Below, piece after piece: positions 1-11,495 of a stretch of DNA of 64,000 nucleotides (its first letter is position 1; every line of letters begins with the position of its first letter). The notes below the pieces were generated by a model that was not told the origin of the DNA, did not search any database, and was given only the letters and a program-made list of their open reading frames with translations. The stretch comes from Eledone cirrhosa. Lineage: Eukaryota. Both the position numbers and the translations under genes were made by a program. The stretch lies in the NCBI GenBank assembly GCA_964016885.1, contig OZ024741.1, positions 283,464,001 to 283,528,000 on the forward strand. The letters run 5' to 3'.

Positions 1-162
1 AGATTGATAATATGAAACGCTTTATCCCCACTCCCTCACCTCTCTACTATCACACTAACTGACTGTATTTCATTCTATTTTTAACTTATCTACATTTACT
101 TAGACGAAAATCCCATTGCTGAATTCTACTGTGTAATGAATAGTTGACTTCCACTATTATAG

Positions 163-273
163 GCTTTCTGATGAAGTGTAATAAATAATTAAGTATTGTA
201 TATGATTGAAGAATATATATTGTAGTCAGCATATGTAGACAATTATAATAGTCATAGAAACATATGTTAATGC
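163..273 (+). ncRNA. Type I hammerhead ribozyme-like motif with long stem II, in a PLE pseudo-LTR remnant (about 1-422)
   Basis: gcttt-CTGATGA(168-174)...GAAA(257-260)-CATATG-TT-aatgc: core boxes, palindromic stem III, 4/5-paired stem I; abuts (TA)n. Confidence 0.55.
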
Positions 274-419
274 AAATAATTTCCTAATCTCCTTCAGGCC
301 GACATTTTATTTTTCTTGGTGCAATACTTGCTTATATTTATATATCACCACCCCACTCTCAAGAGCGTGAAACTAATAAACCTTTGTTCGTACTGCGTTT
401 TTGTTCCCGTTCAATTTTT

Positions 420-628
<209 letters not shown>

Positions 629-938
629 AGTTATACTTTCGGAGGTTCATGGTGCCAATAAAAACATACACACCTGTTGGCTTTCACTTCAATTTATTAT
701 AAACTTCCAGTTGGTTAGTTTAATAACCAGATGGTTGTTTATTTGTTTATTGCCAAACTCTTTCATTACACATTGTGTGACTTCCTCAATGACTAATTTG
801 TTATTTTGTGTCTCTCCTTTGTTCTGTCCTACACCATCTTGTTTTTGTGAACTGCGTGCTGTGTTCATGGGTTGTGCATGCACTATACCCGGGTGTTTGT
901 GTGTTTTTAGTTATTTATTTATATGTTTATTTACTATA

Positions 939-1100
939 GGCGGCAAATTGGAAGAGTCGTTAAGACATCAGATAGAATGCTTTACGGTGTTCGTCCCACC
1001 TCATTGCGCGCTCTGAGTTCAAATCCCGCTGTAGTCAACTTTGCCTTTCACCCTTCTGGAGTCAATAAAAAAAGTACCAGTCTAGTACTGGAGTCAATTC
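939..1100 (+). mobile_element. tRNA-derived SINE, family A (GAGTTCAAATCCC...CTTTGCCTTTCATCC...AAAGTACCAGT)
   Basis: B-box-like gagttcaaatccc plus a core shared with many copies in the window. Confidence 0.8.
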
Positions 1101-1367
1101 TCCCTCTATAGAAAAAATCGTCTGTGTTCAGACCTGGAGAGGGTTGGGCTCCACCAGGTTTAAAAGTGCCCTAGACACGCCGTATGATAGTGCCTCTCAT
1201 GGGATCTTTATCCTTTTACTTGTCACTAGTTGGTTGCTTGTTCAATTTGTGTGTGCTTGGTGTGTATTATTAGTTTGGTTCTTGTGTGTCTCTGTATGTC
1301 TTTATCTTGACCTTAATCACTGGTTGTGATGTTGTTGTTATTGCACTCATGTTCTCTGTTTAGTCCC

Positions 1368-1448
1368 TAGAGATGGGAAAATGTTGCCAGTGGCCAATAC
1401 AGAGTTCAATTCTTTATAGCAACCACTGGCAACATTTTCCTCTCTCAT
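1368..1448. other. Stem-loop: 18-bp perfect inverted repeat (mini hAT-like MITE or pre-miRNA-like hairpin)
   Basis: ggaaaatgttgccagtgg (1376-1393) / ccactggcaacattttcc (1423-1440); left end TAGAGATGGG. Confidence 0.6.
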
Positions 1449-2133
1449 GGGGTCTTCACCCAATTTCTATAAGCTATTTTATAGCAACTGACTGTAATTA
1501 CAGTTATTTTCTGTCTGAGAATCCTAATCTTTTTACAGATTTATGTCCTTGGCACTTAGTATTTTTGAAAATTTGAAATGAAGGAATGTTTTAATGGCCT
1601 GGCGTTGCTTGGGATTCTAAACGTAGATTGGCATGTTTATCCCTCCTTTCTGAAACAGTACAGAGAAGTACGGAATACCTCGGCCTCGGGATGGTGTCTA
1701 CATTTTGTGCTTATAAAAAAAAAAATTGTCGTAGATTACCAGGGGTTTAACTTAATTGGGTGCCTGAGAGGAGTAAAATGTTCAACCCACGAAAGCCAAG
1801 ACAATAGGGTTAAGTAAAAGGGCATTCGACAAACCGAACATGTATTTGTTGTGCTATAGTACAATGAAAGCAATAGTTACAGAGCAGTAAGCATGTGGGG
1901 TTGCAGTGGTGGAGAGTGGTGTGGTCTTACTCCTTTCAATGTTTCGTTGTATGTTCACCAATTGATGCAGAAGTCCTAATTAAAAGTGAAGTCGCCTTGG
2001 GTGAATAGACAAATAATTTTCCATTTCGATTTTTCAAAAGCATGTAATTGCGTTCCCTCTCTTTTTTGTTGCTGTTTTTGCTGTTGTTTATATTTTGTTT
2101 TTGTGTATGCAAAAATATCTGTACACGAATATG

Positions 2134-2177
<44 letters not shown>

Positions 2178-2182
<5 letters not shown>

Positions 2183-2293
2183 TAACAGATTAAAGTTTAA
2201 GCAAAGAATCGCTGCTTTCACCTTAACGGGATCTTCTGAAACTAAAAAAATCAATCTGTGAACGCAGAAGTAAATATTTCGAAAAACGTTACA

Positions 2294-2295
<2 letters not shown>
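2178..2295 (-). mobile_element. Terminal-repeat fragment of the 7960-8805 family, in (TA)n
   Basis: Near-identical to about 8023-8130 and reverse complement of 8726-8805. Confidence 0.7.
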
Positions 2296-2334
<39 letters not shown>

Positions 2335-2399
2335 CACATACTATATATACACATATACACACACAGATAGCGTCATAATGTTGTAATGCAGACAGCTAG

Positions 2400-2620
2400 A
2401 CATACAGACAGATATTATAAGGGTGCGACATTCGGCGCCTAATGCGGTCCCTAGGGCATTGAAAATTTGAAATATTTTTTGCTCAAAACACTTACACGAC
2501 CATAAGTATTACATGTGTAAAGTTTGAAAACAATCGATTGGGTGGTTCCTGAGTTTTAGGGAGTCAGACAGACAGACAGACAGATAGACAGACATTCTCT
2601 GTCTAAGATATATATAGACA
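2400..2620 (+). mobile_element. Possible non-autonomous Helitron/DINE-like 3' end
   Basis: aaagtttgaaaacaatcg, (GACA)n tract and terminal tatatatagac resemble such ends. Confidence 0.4.
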
Positions 2621-2891
2621 ATGTAAAATGAGAGATTTTATCTCATAGAATCAAAGGACAGTCACAGATGGTATGGTATTGAAAGGGTTGATGAAGTTTA
2701 CAGCTGAATATTTCCAATGAAAGTAGAATATCCCATTAATCATTTGTAATTCTATTTCTGTTTGTTTTAATGTATTGTATTTGTTACTGAGCAGAGACTA
2801 GTTATGGTTTTATTTTGTAGTATTAAATGTGGAAGCCTTTATCTCCAGATTGGCTGCATGCTATATTGTGATATATCATATTTACCATTAG

Positions 2892-3001
<110 letters not shown>

Positions 3002-3649
3002 CAAAAGATGTTATTTAGATATCGTAGCAAGAGAAAATACTGTGATATTGTGGTGATTGGTTTGATTGTCATGTTCACTTGTGAATTGTTTTGTGATGTG
3101 GTCACCATTGTGTAGCATGTAAGCAAAGGAAGATTGATGTATCTGTGCATGTATGACCAGAGATTGCAGGTGTGCAAGTGAGCAACAGTTCATTATGATG
3201 ATGATGATGATTCCTTGAGTAAGTGATTTATTCTGATCACATAGGTAATCATAGGTAATGAAATAAAAATCAAATTGCAACTTAAATATATTAATTTTTA
3301 ATTTAATAACCTGCTAAGAGGCTATTGATGATAAAGGCTGTATTGTTGCTGTGTATGAGAGTGTGTAGAGATTTCGGAAGGTGTGATATACATTGTTGTG
3401 TGTGGACTAACCTTTTATAAGTGCCAATGGGAATAAAGCTAGCTGGCCCTTGTTAATAGGGCTGGAGTGTCTGGTTAATGACTATATCCTGAGATAATTC
3501 AAATGGATAACTAATTAATTAAATAGACTTGTATAAATGAAATAAACATTAAAAATTTATCCCAAACTTTTAAACTGGACAAATGCAAAGAATCTAAATA
3601 GATTAAAAGCGGGAGATAGAGGGAGAGTGAGAGAAAGTCTGTGTATGTT

Positions 3650-3652
<3 letters not shown>

Positions 3653-3714
<62 letters not shown>
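3653..3714. repeat. (GA)n microsatellite
   Basis: Direct reading. Confidence 0.98.
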
Positions 3715-3716
<2 letters not shown>

Positions 3717-4208
3717 TATATCTATTTATTCGGAATGAATTAATTGGTTTTATGCACCACATATTGTCCTTCCAAGCTGTTGAAAGACACAGCTCTCTCT
3801 GTTATCACTAAAAGACAGTGTATGTGTATGGATACACTAGTGAGTATATATATGATGTACAAGCATGTGCATATGAACACGACTGTGTATGTGTGTGTGT
3901 GCTCCAATGTCTGTATATCTGGCTGCATACATACATGAGTATATGAGAGGAAAAGAAAAAAAAAGAAAAGAGAGAGAAAATGAGAGGGAGAATAAGAGAG
4001 ACAAAGAAATACATTGAATTGAATTCATATAAAAATAACTTTCGTCAGCATAGCTTAGTTTTTTTGCACTTTCTATTTTGTTTTTGTGGGGAGAGGGGGA
4101 ATTATATCATTTTTGGATGATTTGTGTATACCTATTGATTTTTTATAATTTTATAATATTAATTTATATGAATATATATGTGTATATACATATACATACA
4201 TATATATA

Positions 4209-5059
4209 CAGGGTGCGGATGATATTTGTTCGCAATTTTCAACTGCTAATTTTATGCAAATTATTTTTACTTCCGTTGTCACTCTTGCCTTCATAAAAAC
4301 AGTGACTATATTTCCATTATTTATTTTCAGAATAATTGATTATGAATAATTTTGAACCTCCAAATTTGTGGAAGAGACATGGAGTTCTTCTTGGAATCCG
4401 CGCCAGGAGGACAAATAAGACCAGAAGATCAACTCCCAGAATAACAGGTGGCTCGCTGTCTCATCCAAAGATGTGCCCAGAGTCATGGAGACAAAGTTTC
4501 CAGCGACAACATTGGTGTTAGGTGTTGTCAGCAGTCAAGGTACGTCATGCCATCTCACTTCTTCCTTGAGGGCCTCAAGCTGAACACCGATGGCTACATC
4601 CGCGTTCTGAGCGAAGTAGTAAAGACCTGGATTGACCAGGTAGCTGCAGGTAGACCGTACGTGTGGCAGCAAGACTCAGCGCCCTGCCATACCAGCCGAA
4701 AGACCCAAGCCTGGCTGTCAGAGAACTTCGTAGACCACACTTCACCTGACATCTGGCCTCCCAGCTCGCCTGACTGCAACCCTCTCGACTTCTTTGTATG
4801 GGGCGCAGTGGAACGAGACACCAACAGATCTAGTTGCAATACGAAAGACGATCTGAAAGCCAGGATCACAAGTGCCTTTAAGTCGAGGGACAGTGACGAA
4901 GGCCTGTAGCCAGTTCTGAGGCCGTCATCAAAGCCAATGGCGGGTTTATCGAGTGAGATCGAAAGAACAAGTCATGAAGACAAACTGACCCAAGTTTGAT
5001 AAATAAATCTTAAAAAATAAAACTAGTCATTTTTTCGAACAAATATCGTCCGCACCCTG
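4209..5059 (+). mobile_element. Internally deleted Tc1/mariner-superfamily transposon, DD37D (maT) type
   Basis: 24-bp TIRs CAGGGTGCGGAYGATATTTGTTCG at 4209 and ending 5059, TA on both sides; transposase remnant inside. Confidence 0.92.
4448..4909 (+). pseudogene. DD37D transposase catalytic-domain remnant
   Basis: WQQDSAPCH...WPPSSPDCNPLDFFVWG with 37 residues between the 2nd and 3rd Asp; N-terminal part deleted or frameshifted. Confidence 0.9.
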
Positions 5060-5093
5060 TATATATATATATACATATATATATACGTATATA

Positions 5094-5125
<32 letters not shown>

Positions 5126-5154
5126 CATATATATATATACATATGTATATATGG

Positions 5155-5552
5155 GCATACGTCAAGACGGGCGGTCTCAAAAGTGAAACTAATTTTTGAA
5201 AATTACGATACACACGCAATTGTATGGATTTCTTAATATATATATATGTGTGGGTGTGTATATGTGTGTATATATATGTGTGTGTGTGTATGTATATATA
5301 TGTGTGTGTGTTTGTATATATATATGTGTTTGTGTCATCATCATCGTTTAACGTCTATCTTCCACGCAAGCATGGGTTTAGACGTATATATATGTTTGTG
5401 TATATATATGTGTGTTTGTGTGTATATATATATGTGTCTGTATATATATATATGTGTATGTATATATATATTTATGCACACATACACATTAGTATGAATT
5501 GTAACTGTCACAAATTAGTTTCACTTTTGAGACCGCCCGTCTTGACATATGC
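5155..5552. mobile_element. MITE-like element with about 41-bp TIRs and a microsatellite-filled interior
   Basis: gcatacgtcaagacgggcggtctcaaaagtgaaactaattt from 5155 and its reverse complement ending 5552 (1 mismatch). Confidence 0.8.
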
Positions 5553-5590
5553 TATATATATGTATACATAAATATATATATATATATGGA

Positions 5591-5622
<32 letters not shown>

Positions 5623-5625
<3 letters not shown>

Positions 5626-6058
5626 AAGGTTAAACAAGGTTCAATGAATAAATCAAAGAATTAGTTTTACAATAGATTGGAAGCACTCAACAGTAATGGT
5701 TTTCCGGAGTTATTAATATTCATTCAAAATATTAACAAAAATAGAACTTCATTGTGATCAAGTATATTTTATTATACATATTTCAGAGGTACTGAGCTAA
5801 CTTCAACAGTACGTCCTCATCAGATAAAATAAGATGATGCATGACATACCCTGACATAGTAGATGGTTAAGATCCAGTCATGGTAGACTACCATGACTGG
5901 ATCTTAACCATCTACTATGTCAGGGTATGTCATGCATCATCTTATTTTATCTGATGAGGACGTACTGTTGAAGTTAGCTCAGTACCTCTGAAATATGTAT
6001 AATAAAATATACTTGATCACAATGAAGTTCTATTTTTGTTAATATTTTGAATGAATAT
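5623..6058. mobile_element. Fold-back PLE pseudo-LTR element: perfect palindrome 5716-6058 plus a one-sided tail
   Basis: 171-bp arms around a single base at 5887; tail with gcactcaa/ttccggagtta; (TA)n on both sides. Confidence 0.85.
5943..6009 (+). ncRNA. Type I hammerhead ribozyme (mirror copy on - strand 5765-5831)
   Basis: tattttat-CTGATGA(5951-5957)-stem II (gtactg/cagtac)-GAAA(5990-5993)-tatgtat-A-ataaaata; 8-bp stem I; predicted AUA site at 6001. Confidence 0.75.
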
Positions 6059-6164
6059 ATATATATATATATATATATAAACCTCCAGCGAGATATACCT
6101 TGGAGGAGGCCAGCAAACCTGCATAGGTGTGAGCTGCCACACATACATATACATATACACACAT

Positions 6165-7345
6165 ATATATAATGAATTAAAAAGTGACAAAGGTGATGTG
6201 TGGTTACTAATAAATATTATTTTGAAAATGTAAGAGAAACAAACACAATGTAAGAGAAACGAACACAAACACAAGGACAATTCCGCTCATCGGCTGTCTC
6301 CTGCAGATCACTGATGTTTCAAATGCATTAAAGACAATACATCTCACCACAGTGCGTCAATAACTGAAAGGGATAGCTATCTGGGAAAACAATGTGGAGC
6401 TGCCGTGAGGGAGATTGCTGGAAGTTGGGGCACACCTGACTGGAAACAAGAGAGTGACGTCACATGAGGGTTCAGAGGCGACTCACTGCCCTTTTCCCCA
6501 GCAGTTCATGGTCGAGTGAGGACGTGTGGTGTGAAGCGAGACTGGGAGAGGCTCTGATAACCTAAAGTCAGATATACCACACGTGGACGGTGGACAACTC
6601 TGCTCAAAGTGAATTGAAGACACAAGGCTAGCCCTTCGGCTACAAAAAACAACAAAACACAGACGATAACGAAGAGAATGACAAAAAAAATGAAAGCAAA
6701 AAAGAAAGACATACCGATAGAGAAAGGGAAAACACGAGGCAGCAGTACATGTAAGTTGCAGTAACCAGGGCAGGGAGGGGGGAGAAGTTAATAGTGAGAC
6801 CGAACATAAGTCCTGAACCCGTACTAACAGCACTAGGGAGAGAGAGAGAAAAAAACGTCTGATAATAGAGAACAGGCACAAAGAGGAAGAGACGAAGGAG
6901 AACGGAAGTGAGTAGGGGAAAGTGGTAAGGGAGCAGAGAGAGAGGGGGAGAAAGGAGATAGATAGTAGTAAGAGAGAAAGAGAATAAGTGAGTGGGAGAG
7001 AGAAAGAGAGAGAAGAAAGGAAGAGGGAAAATTGGCTGAACTTAAGTTACAAAGCCATATTAACAACAACAAGCAAGATAGGGAGAATAGAGAGGAGAGA
7101 ACAGATGTCACAGCAATAAATTAATTGTTTCTACTTTTGGCACAAGGCCAGCAAATTTCTCAGTGCATTACTGGTACATTATTTTATCGATCCAGTAAGG
7201 TTGAAAGGCAAAGTTAGCCTCGGTGGGATTTGAACTCAGAATGGCAATAAATTAATATGAATTAAAAAGTAACAAAGGCGCTGTGTAGTTACTAATAAAT
7301 ATTATTTAGAAAACATAAGAGAAACAAACATATAGAAACCATTTC
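6165..7345 (-). mobile_element. Non-coding element with direct terminal repeats and a degenerate HHR (retrozyme/PLE-like)
   Basis: About 70-bp direct repeats near 6180-6248 and 7263-7331; - strand cact-gtggtga-gatgtatt..aatgcatt-tGAAAcatc-agtg near 6307-6355. Confidence 0.5.
7126..7243 (-). mobile_element. 5'-truncated SINE family A with 13-bp TSD
   Basis: gcaataaattaat at 7113-7125 and 7244-7256. Confidence 0.85.
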
Positions 7346-7357
7346 TATATTAAATTT

Positions 7358-7417
<60 letters not shown>

Positions 7418-7729
7418 GATAAATCTACCAAAATATACGGTAGTGTCCAATCCGTATGAAGAACTCAATGTAATCCAAATATCATGAAAAGAGATGTATT
7501 CAAAATTTTTTTAGATGAAAATCACAGGAAAACAGTATCAAGATAAATTTATAAAAACAATGAATAAAAACAAAGAAACAATTCCTTATCTTAAAAAATT
7601 CATCATTTTACGATCGTTTCTAGGATATATATGTGTGTGTTGGTATGTATATCATATAGATCTATGTAAAAAATTTACAAACTATCAGAGGGAATATACA
7701 TACCTACATATATATATGCTGCCTTCAGA

Positions 7730-7760
<31 letters not shown>

Positions 7761-7762
<2 letters not shown>

Positions 7763-7912
7763 ACGAAGGAACCAGGTGGACCATAATGCACCAGAGTACT
7801 CAATATTTTGGGTAGTAGAGTGGGTATATATATGGGAAAATGTTCAAGACCCCGACGGCAGAGCTCAAGCCGTCCAAACGTCGGGGTCTTGAACATTTTC
7901 CCATATATATAT
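7761..7912. mobile_element. Short fold-back element (tail plus about 32-bp arms) carrying an HHR 3' half
   Basis: atgggaaaatgttcaagaccccgacg / cgtcggggtcttgaacattttcccat; homologous to the reverse complement of 9832-10025 and to 24673-24711. Confidence 0.7.
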
Positions 7913-7959
7913 ATATATATATATATAGTAATAATAATAAATTTGAAGACTAAAATCCA

Positions 7960-8799
7960 AAGAGGGCTTGATAAGGATAAATATATATCAAATATATAAG
8001 AACCGTAGAGCAAATATTTATTAAAATAACAGATTAAAGTTTAAGCAAAGAATCCCTGCTTTCACCCTTAACGGGATCATCTGAAACTAACAAAGTCAAT
8101 CTGTAAACGCAGAAGTGGATATTTCAAACGTTGCAACCGGAGGAAGACAGGAAGACGATACTTTGGTTCGTGGAAACGTTCCCTGGCAAAGAACGGGAAA
8201 AAACGAATATAATACGTCATTAATAGGAGCGGTGAAAAACAATTACGCGCAAAGACAGAACCACGTTTATGGTATAAAAGAAGTCATAGACTAATGTTCT
8301 CTTAGGTGGTTCATAGAGACGTTCTCTGGCAATGAACGGAAAAAACGAAGATAATACGTCATATGTGGAGCGTGGAGAACAATTGCACGCAAAGACAAAA
8401 CCACGTAAATGGTATAGCTGAAGTTGTAGACTAAAATTCTAACTAGGAAACCGAATAAATCTCCGCTTCAGAGTTAAGAATAAAGTAAATAAAATACAAT
8501 ACAGAGGTAATAGAAATTAAAGAAATACATACCCGCATGCAAATACGTACATACACAAGCATACACGAAAACACTTGCCATAGGTATACAAAACCACGCA
8601 CATATAAATATGTGTGTGTGTGCGTGTATACAAATAAATAAATAATTAAATAAACGTATATAAATAAATAAATACGTATATAACAAGCGCACATACATAC
8701 CTACATGTAAATACACAAATGTTCGGAGATTGACTTTGTTAGTTTCAGAAGATCCCATTAAGGGTGAAAGCAGCGATTCTTTGCTTAAACTTTAATCTG

Positions 8800-8805
<6 letters not shown>
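7960..8805. mobile_element. Element with about 80-bp inverted repeats (8025-8102 / 8726-8805), an internal tandem duplication and a one-sided tail
   Basis: IR read directly; duplicated units near 8175-8294 and 8319-8434; tail gagggcttgataagg recurs at 16454, joined to the same terminus. Confidence 0.7.
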
Positions 8806-8865
<60 letters not shown>

Positions 8866-8868
<3 letters not shown>

Positions 8869-9185
8869 AGGGTTTAGAGTACTCAATCCATAGGACGAGT
8901 TAAGTATAATTAGTTACAACAGTGACACATACAGGTACTTGGGCAGTTATATAAATAAAGATGTCTACCACCATGGAAGTTTTAGAAAGTATAGGAGTGT
9001 TCTAAGGGTAGGTAGAGTTCTAAGGGATTTGTCTACTTATAGCTATATTTGGGTTTACCTGCCCTTAGAACGCTCCTATACTTTCTAAAACTTCCAAGGG
9101 GTAGCTATTTTTATTGGTATAATAGGCTGAATGAGTTGGAGTGAATATCTCAATAAATGTCACTGTTGTATCTAATTATATATAC
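8866..9185. mobile_element. Fold-back element with nested inverted repeats and a gtactcaa tail
   Basis: Outer IR tataattagttacaacagtgaca / tgtcactgttgtatctaattata; inner IR ggaagttttagaaagtataggagtgttctaagggtaggta / tacctgcccttagaacgctcctatactttctaaaacttcc. Confidence 0.7.
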
Positions 9186-9288
9186 ATACAAGAGATGTCA
9201 ACATGAATGGACCTGGTATTTTTATCTAAAGACATTTTTTCCAATTCCATCCTGCCCATCCCCTCGATCTATTTTATTTCTCATTCTT

Positions 9289-9324
9289 TCTTCTGATGAA
9301 GGACTAGCGTCCGAAACGTTAAGA
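9289..9324 (+). ncRNA. Minimal type I hammerhead ribozyme
   Basis: tctt-CTGATGA-a-GGAC tagc GTCC-GAAA-CG-TT-aaga; loopless palindromic stem III of the dimer-forming kind. Confidence 0.75.
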
Positions 9325-9471
9325 TACTCTTCCTGCTATATCAAGCATTAACCTAATATATACCTTCCATATACTGTACCGATTGTGTTGTTTTTTCTGT
9401 TTACTTTTTACATACATATATATATATATACGATATTAAATAAATGGAAACTATATTTATAAAACCATATT

Positions 9472-9536
9472 TATTTCATTATACATATTTCAGGGATACC
9501 AAATTAAAATATGGCATGCCTTCATCAGATAAAATA
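9472..9536 (-). ncRNA. Type I hammerhead ribozyme, same family as 5943-6009
   Basis: - strand tattttat-CTGATGA-aggcatgcca..tggtatccct-GAAA-tatgtat-A-atgaaata. Confidence 0.7.
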
Positions 9537-9674
9537 CAATATATAAACAGTTTTATAAATAATTTTGACGTACCCTATTAGAAGCGACCATTATTTTTGG
9601 AAGCTGTCTGGAGTGCTTTATATCAGTTATAAAATATTTACTTGTTGTATCCCAACAATTTTAAATAAAACTTT

Positions 9675-9728
<54 letters not shown>

Positions 9729-9831
9729 TATATACATATATTTCTATAATATATATGTATATGTATATATATATATACATTATATATGCATATTTATATA
9801 TATATATATACATATATATGTGTATATATAT

Positions 9832-10025
9832 ATGAAAAAGTCTGACAGCTGAGCTCCGGCCATTTCAACAGCTAGATCCAAACAGATCCATTTGTATTTA
9901 GCTATTGAAATGGCCGGAGCTTAGCCGTCAGGGTCCAATATTTTTCATATTACCCACTCAACTACCCCAAGTATCGAGTATTCTGGTGAGTAATGGTCTA
10001 ACTGGTTTTTACCGCCTCTATTCTG
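9832..10025. mobile_element. Fold-back element with HHR 3' half (GAAAtGGC...GCCGTC) and tail
   Basis: Arms tgacagctgagctccggccatttcaacagcta / tagctattgaaatggccggagcttagccgtca; tail homologous to 7761-7825. Confidence 0.7.
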
Positions 10026-10124
10026 ATATGTGTATATATATATTTGTGTGTATATATATATATATATATGATATATATATCTATGTATATGTATATATGT
10101 ATATATATATATATACATATATAC

Positions 10125-10169
<45 letters not shown>

Positions 10170-10412
10170 AATGAATAATAACAGGTAGACATCATAAAAA
10201 GGTAAATAATTCTGTGTGCTTACAAATGTTTCCATGGTGGTTATACAGCCTAGTTAAAGCAATTAAACAACACTACAAAACAAAATATTTTAATAACAGA
10301 TGAGCATAACGTAGTATCGGCCTCCCAACCACTAAATGGGAGACAGGTATTACACAACCCACCTGTACTGCTATCCCAACCTATCCATGGTATACCCGCT
10401 ACCCACAATAAA

Positions 10413-10700
10413 AACTGTAACTGCCACCTACCTGAAAGATGTCCATTGAAGAATAAATGCCTAAAGTCCAACATTGTTTATCAATGCACTGTTGAATTGA
10501 ACGACCAGAAATAGTATTACATCGGGTCTACCACTACCTCCTTTAAATCTCGCTGGTATCGTCATCGATTCTCAATTAAACATCCTAATCACCGTTTTGT
10601 GACCACGCTCGCCAACGAGACCTGGCAACTCCGTGAACGCAACCAACAGTTCACCTTGAAATGGGATATACTTTCCAGCGCTAGTGCATATCGGAGTTGG
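10413..10700 (+). pseudogene. PLE GIY-YIG endonuclease remnant
   Basis: Manual translation NCNCHLPERCPLKNKCLKSNIVYQCTVELNDQK*YYIGSTTTSFKSRWYRHRFSIKH...TTLANETWQLRE...LKWDIL (IVY..YIG motif, one stop). Confidence 0.85.
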
Positions 10701-11383
10701 ATTGAAGTACTGCAGGTTATGTAACCTTGAACTCTTTTACATCTTAAAATCCAAAAATAAATTACTAAATGACAGAATCGAACGATCATTATACTCCAAC
10801 CACAAACTGAAGGCTAAATTCTCTCACTATAAAATAACTTAACATTCGAACCCGTAACTATAACATTGCTTTCTAGCTAACTACCTTCTCTCAATAACAA
10901 CTTCTTAACTATATCCACCACACTACAAGACAATACCCTGCTTATCACTATAAATGGATACTTAGTGCAATTTGTAGCCTACAACTATGAACTCAATGTA
11001 CACCCATAGCTCTCGTCTGTCCCCTCTCTATCTCTCCCTCTCTCTCCATTCCCCCCTCTCTCTCTCTCGCCCTCGGTCAACCTCCCTCCCTCTCCACATC
11101 TATGAACCTGCCCTCTGTGGCAATAAATAATTCCAACCTTAACTATCAACGCATTGCTTAAGGTTGTCGCTTTAGTATAATAAGAGTAACCAGTATAATA
11201 AAACCCCTACCACAACATTTTGATTAAGATATCTGTATTCTACAAACCACTCTCTCCCATTTCTCCAACCCCTGCATATTTCTCTCTCTCTCTCCCTCTC
11301 CCCTTCTTTCTCTCTTCCTTTTCTACTCTATCTTCCCCAATAACCTCACTTAAGGGTATTTACATTTTACATTTTAACCATTC

Positions 11384-11495
11384 TGCTCTGAGGAAACAAT
11401 GGTCACAGCATTTGATAATTGAGTTTTGCAAATAGTTATAAATTTGCACATAGCATAACTAGGCTGTATAACCACCGTGGAAACATCTGTAAGCA
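11384..11495 (+). ncRNA. Type I hammerhead ribozyme with extended stem II
   Basis: tgct-CTGAGGA(11388-11394)-nested helices (tggt/acca, acagc/gctgt, tgcaaat/atttgca)-GAAAC atct GTA-agca. Confidence 0.7.

Noticed and set aside
2005-2058. FDFSKACNCVP resembling the CR1/L2 RT motif DFSKAFDxVP
   Set aside because: Too short, with no flanking RT motifs
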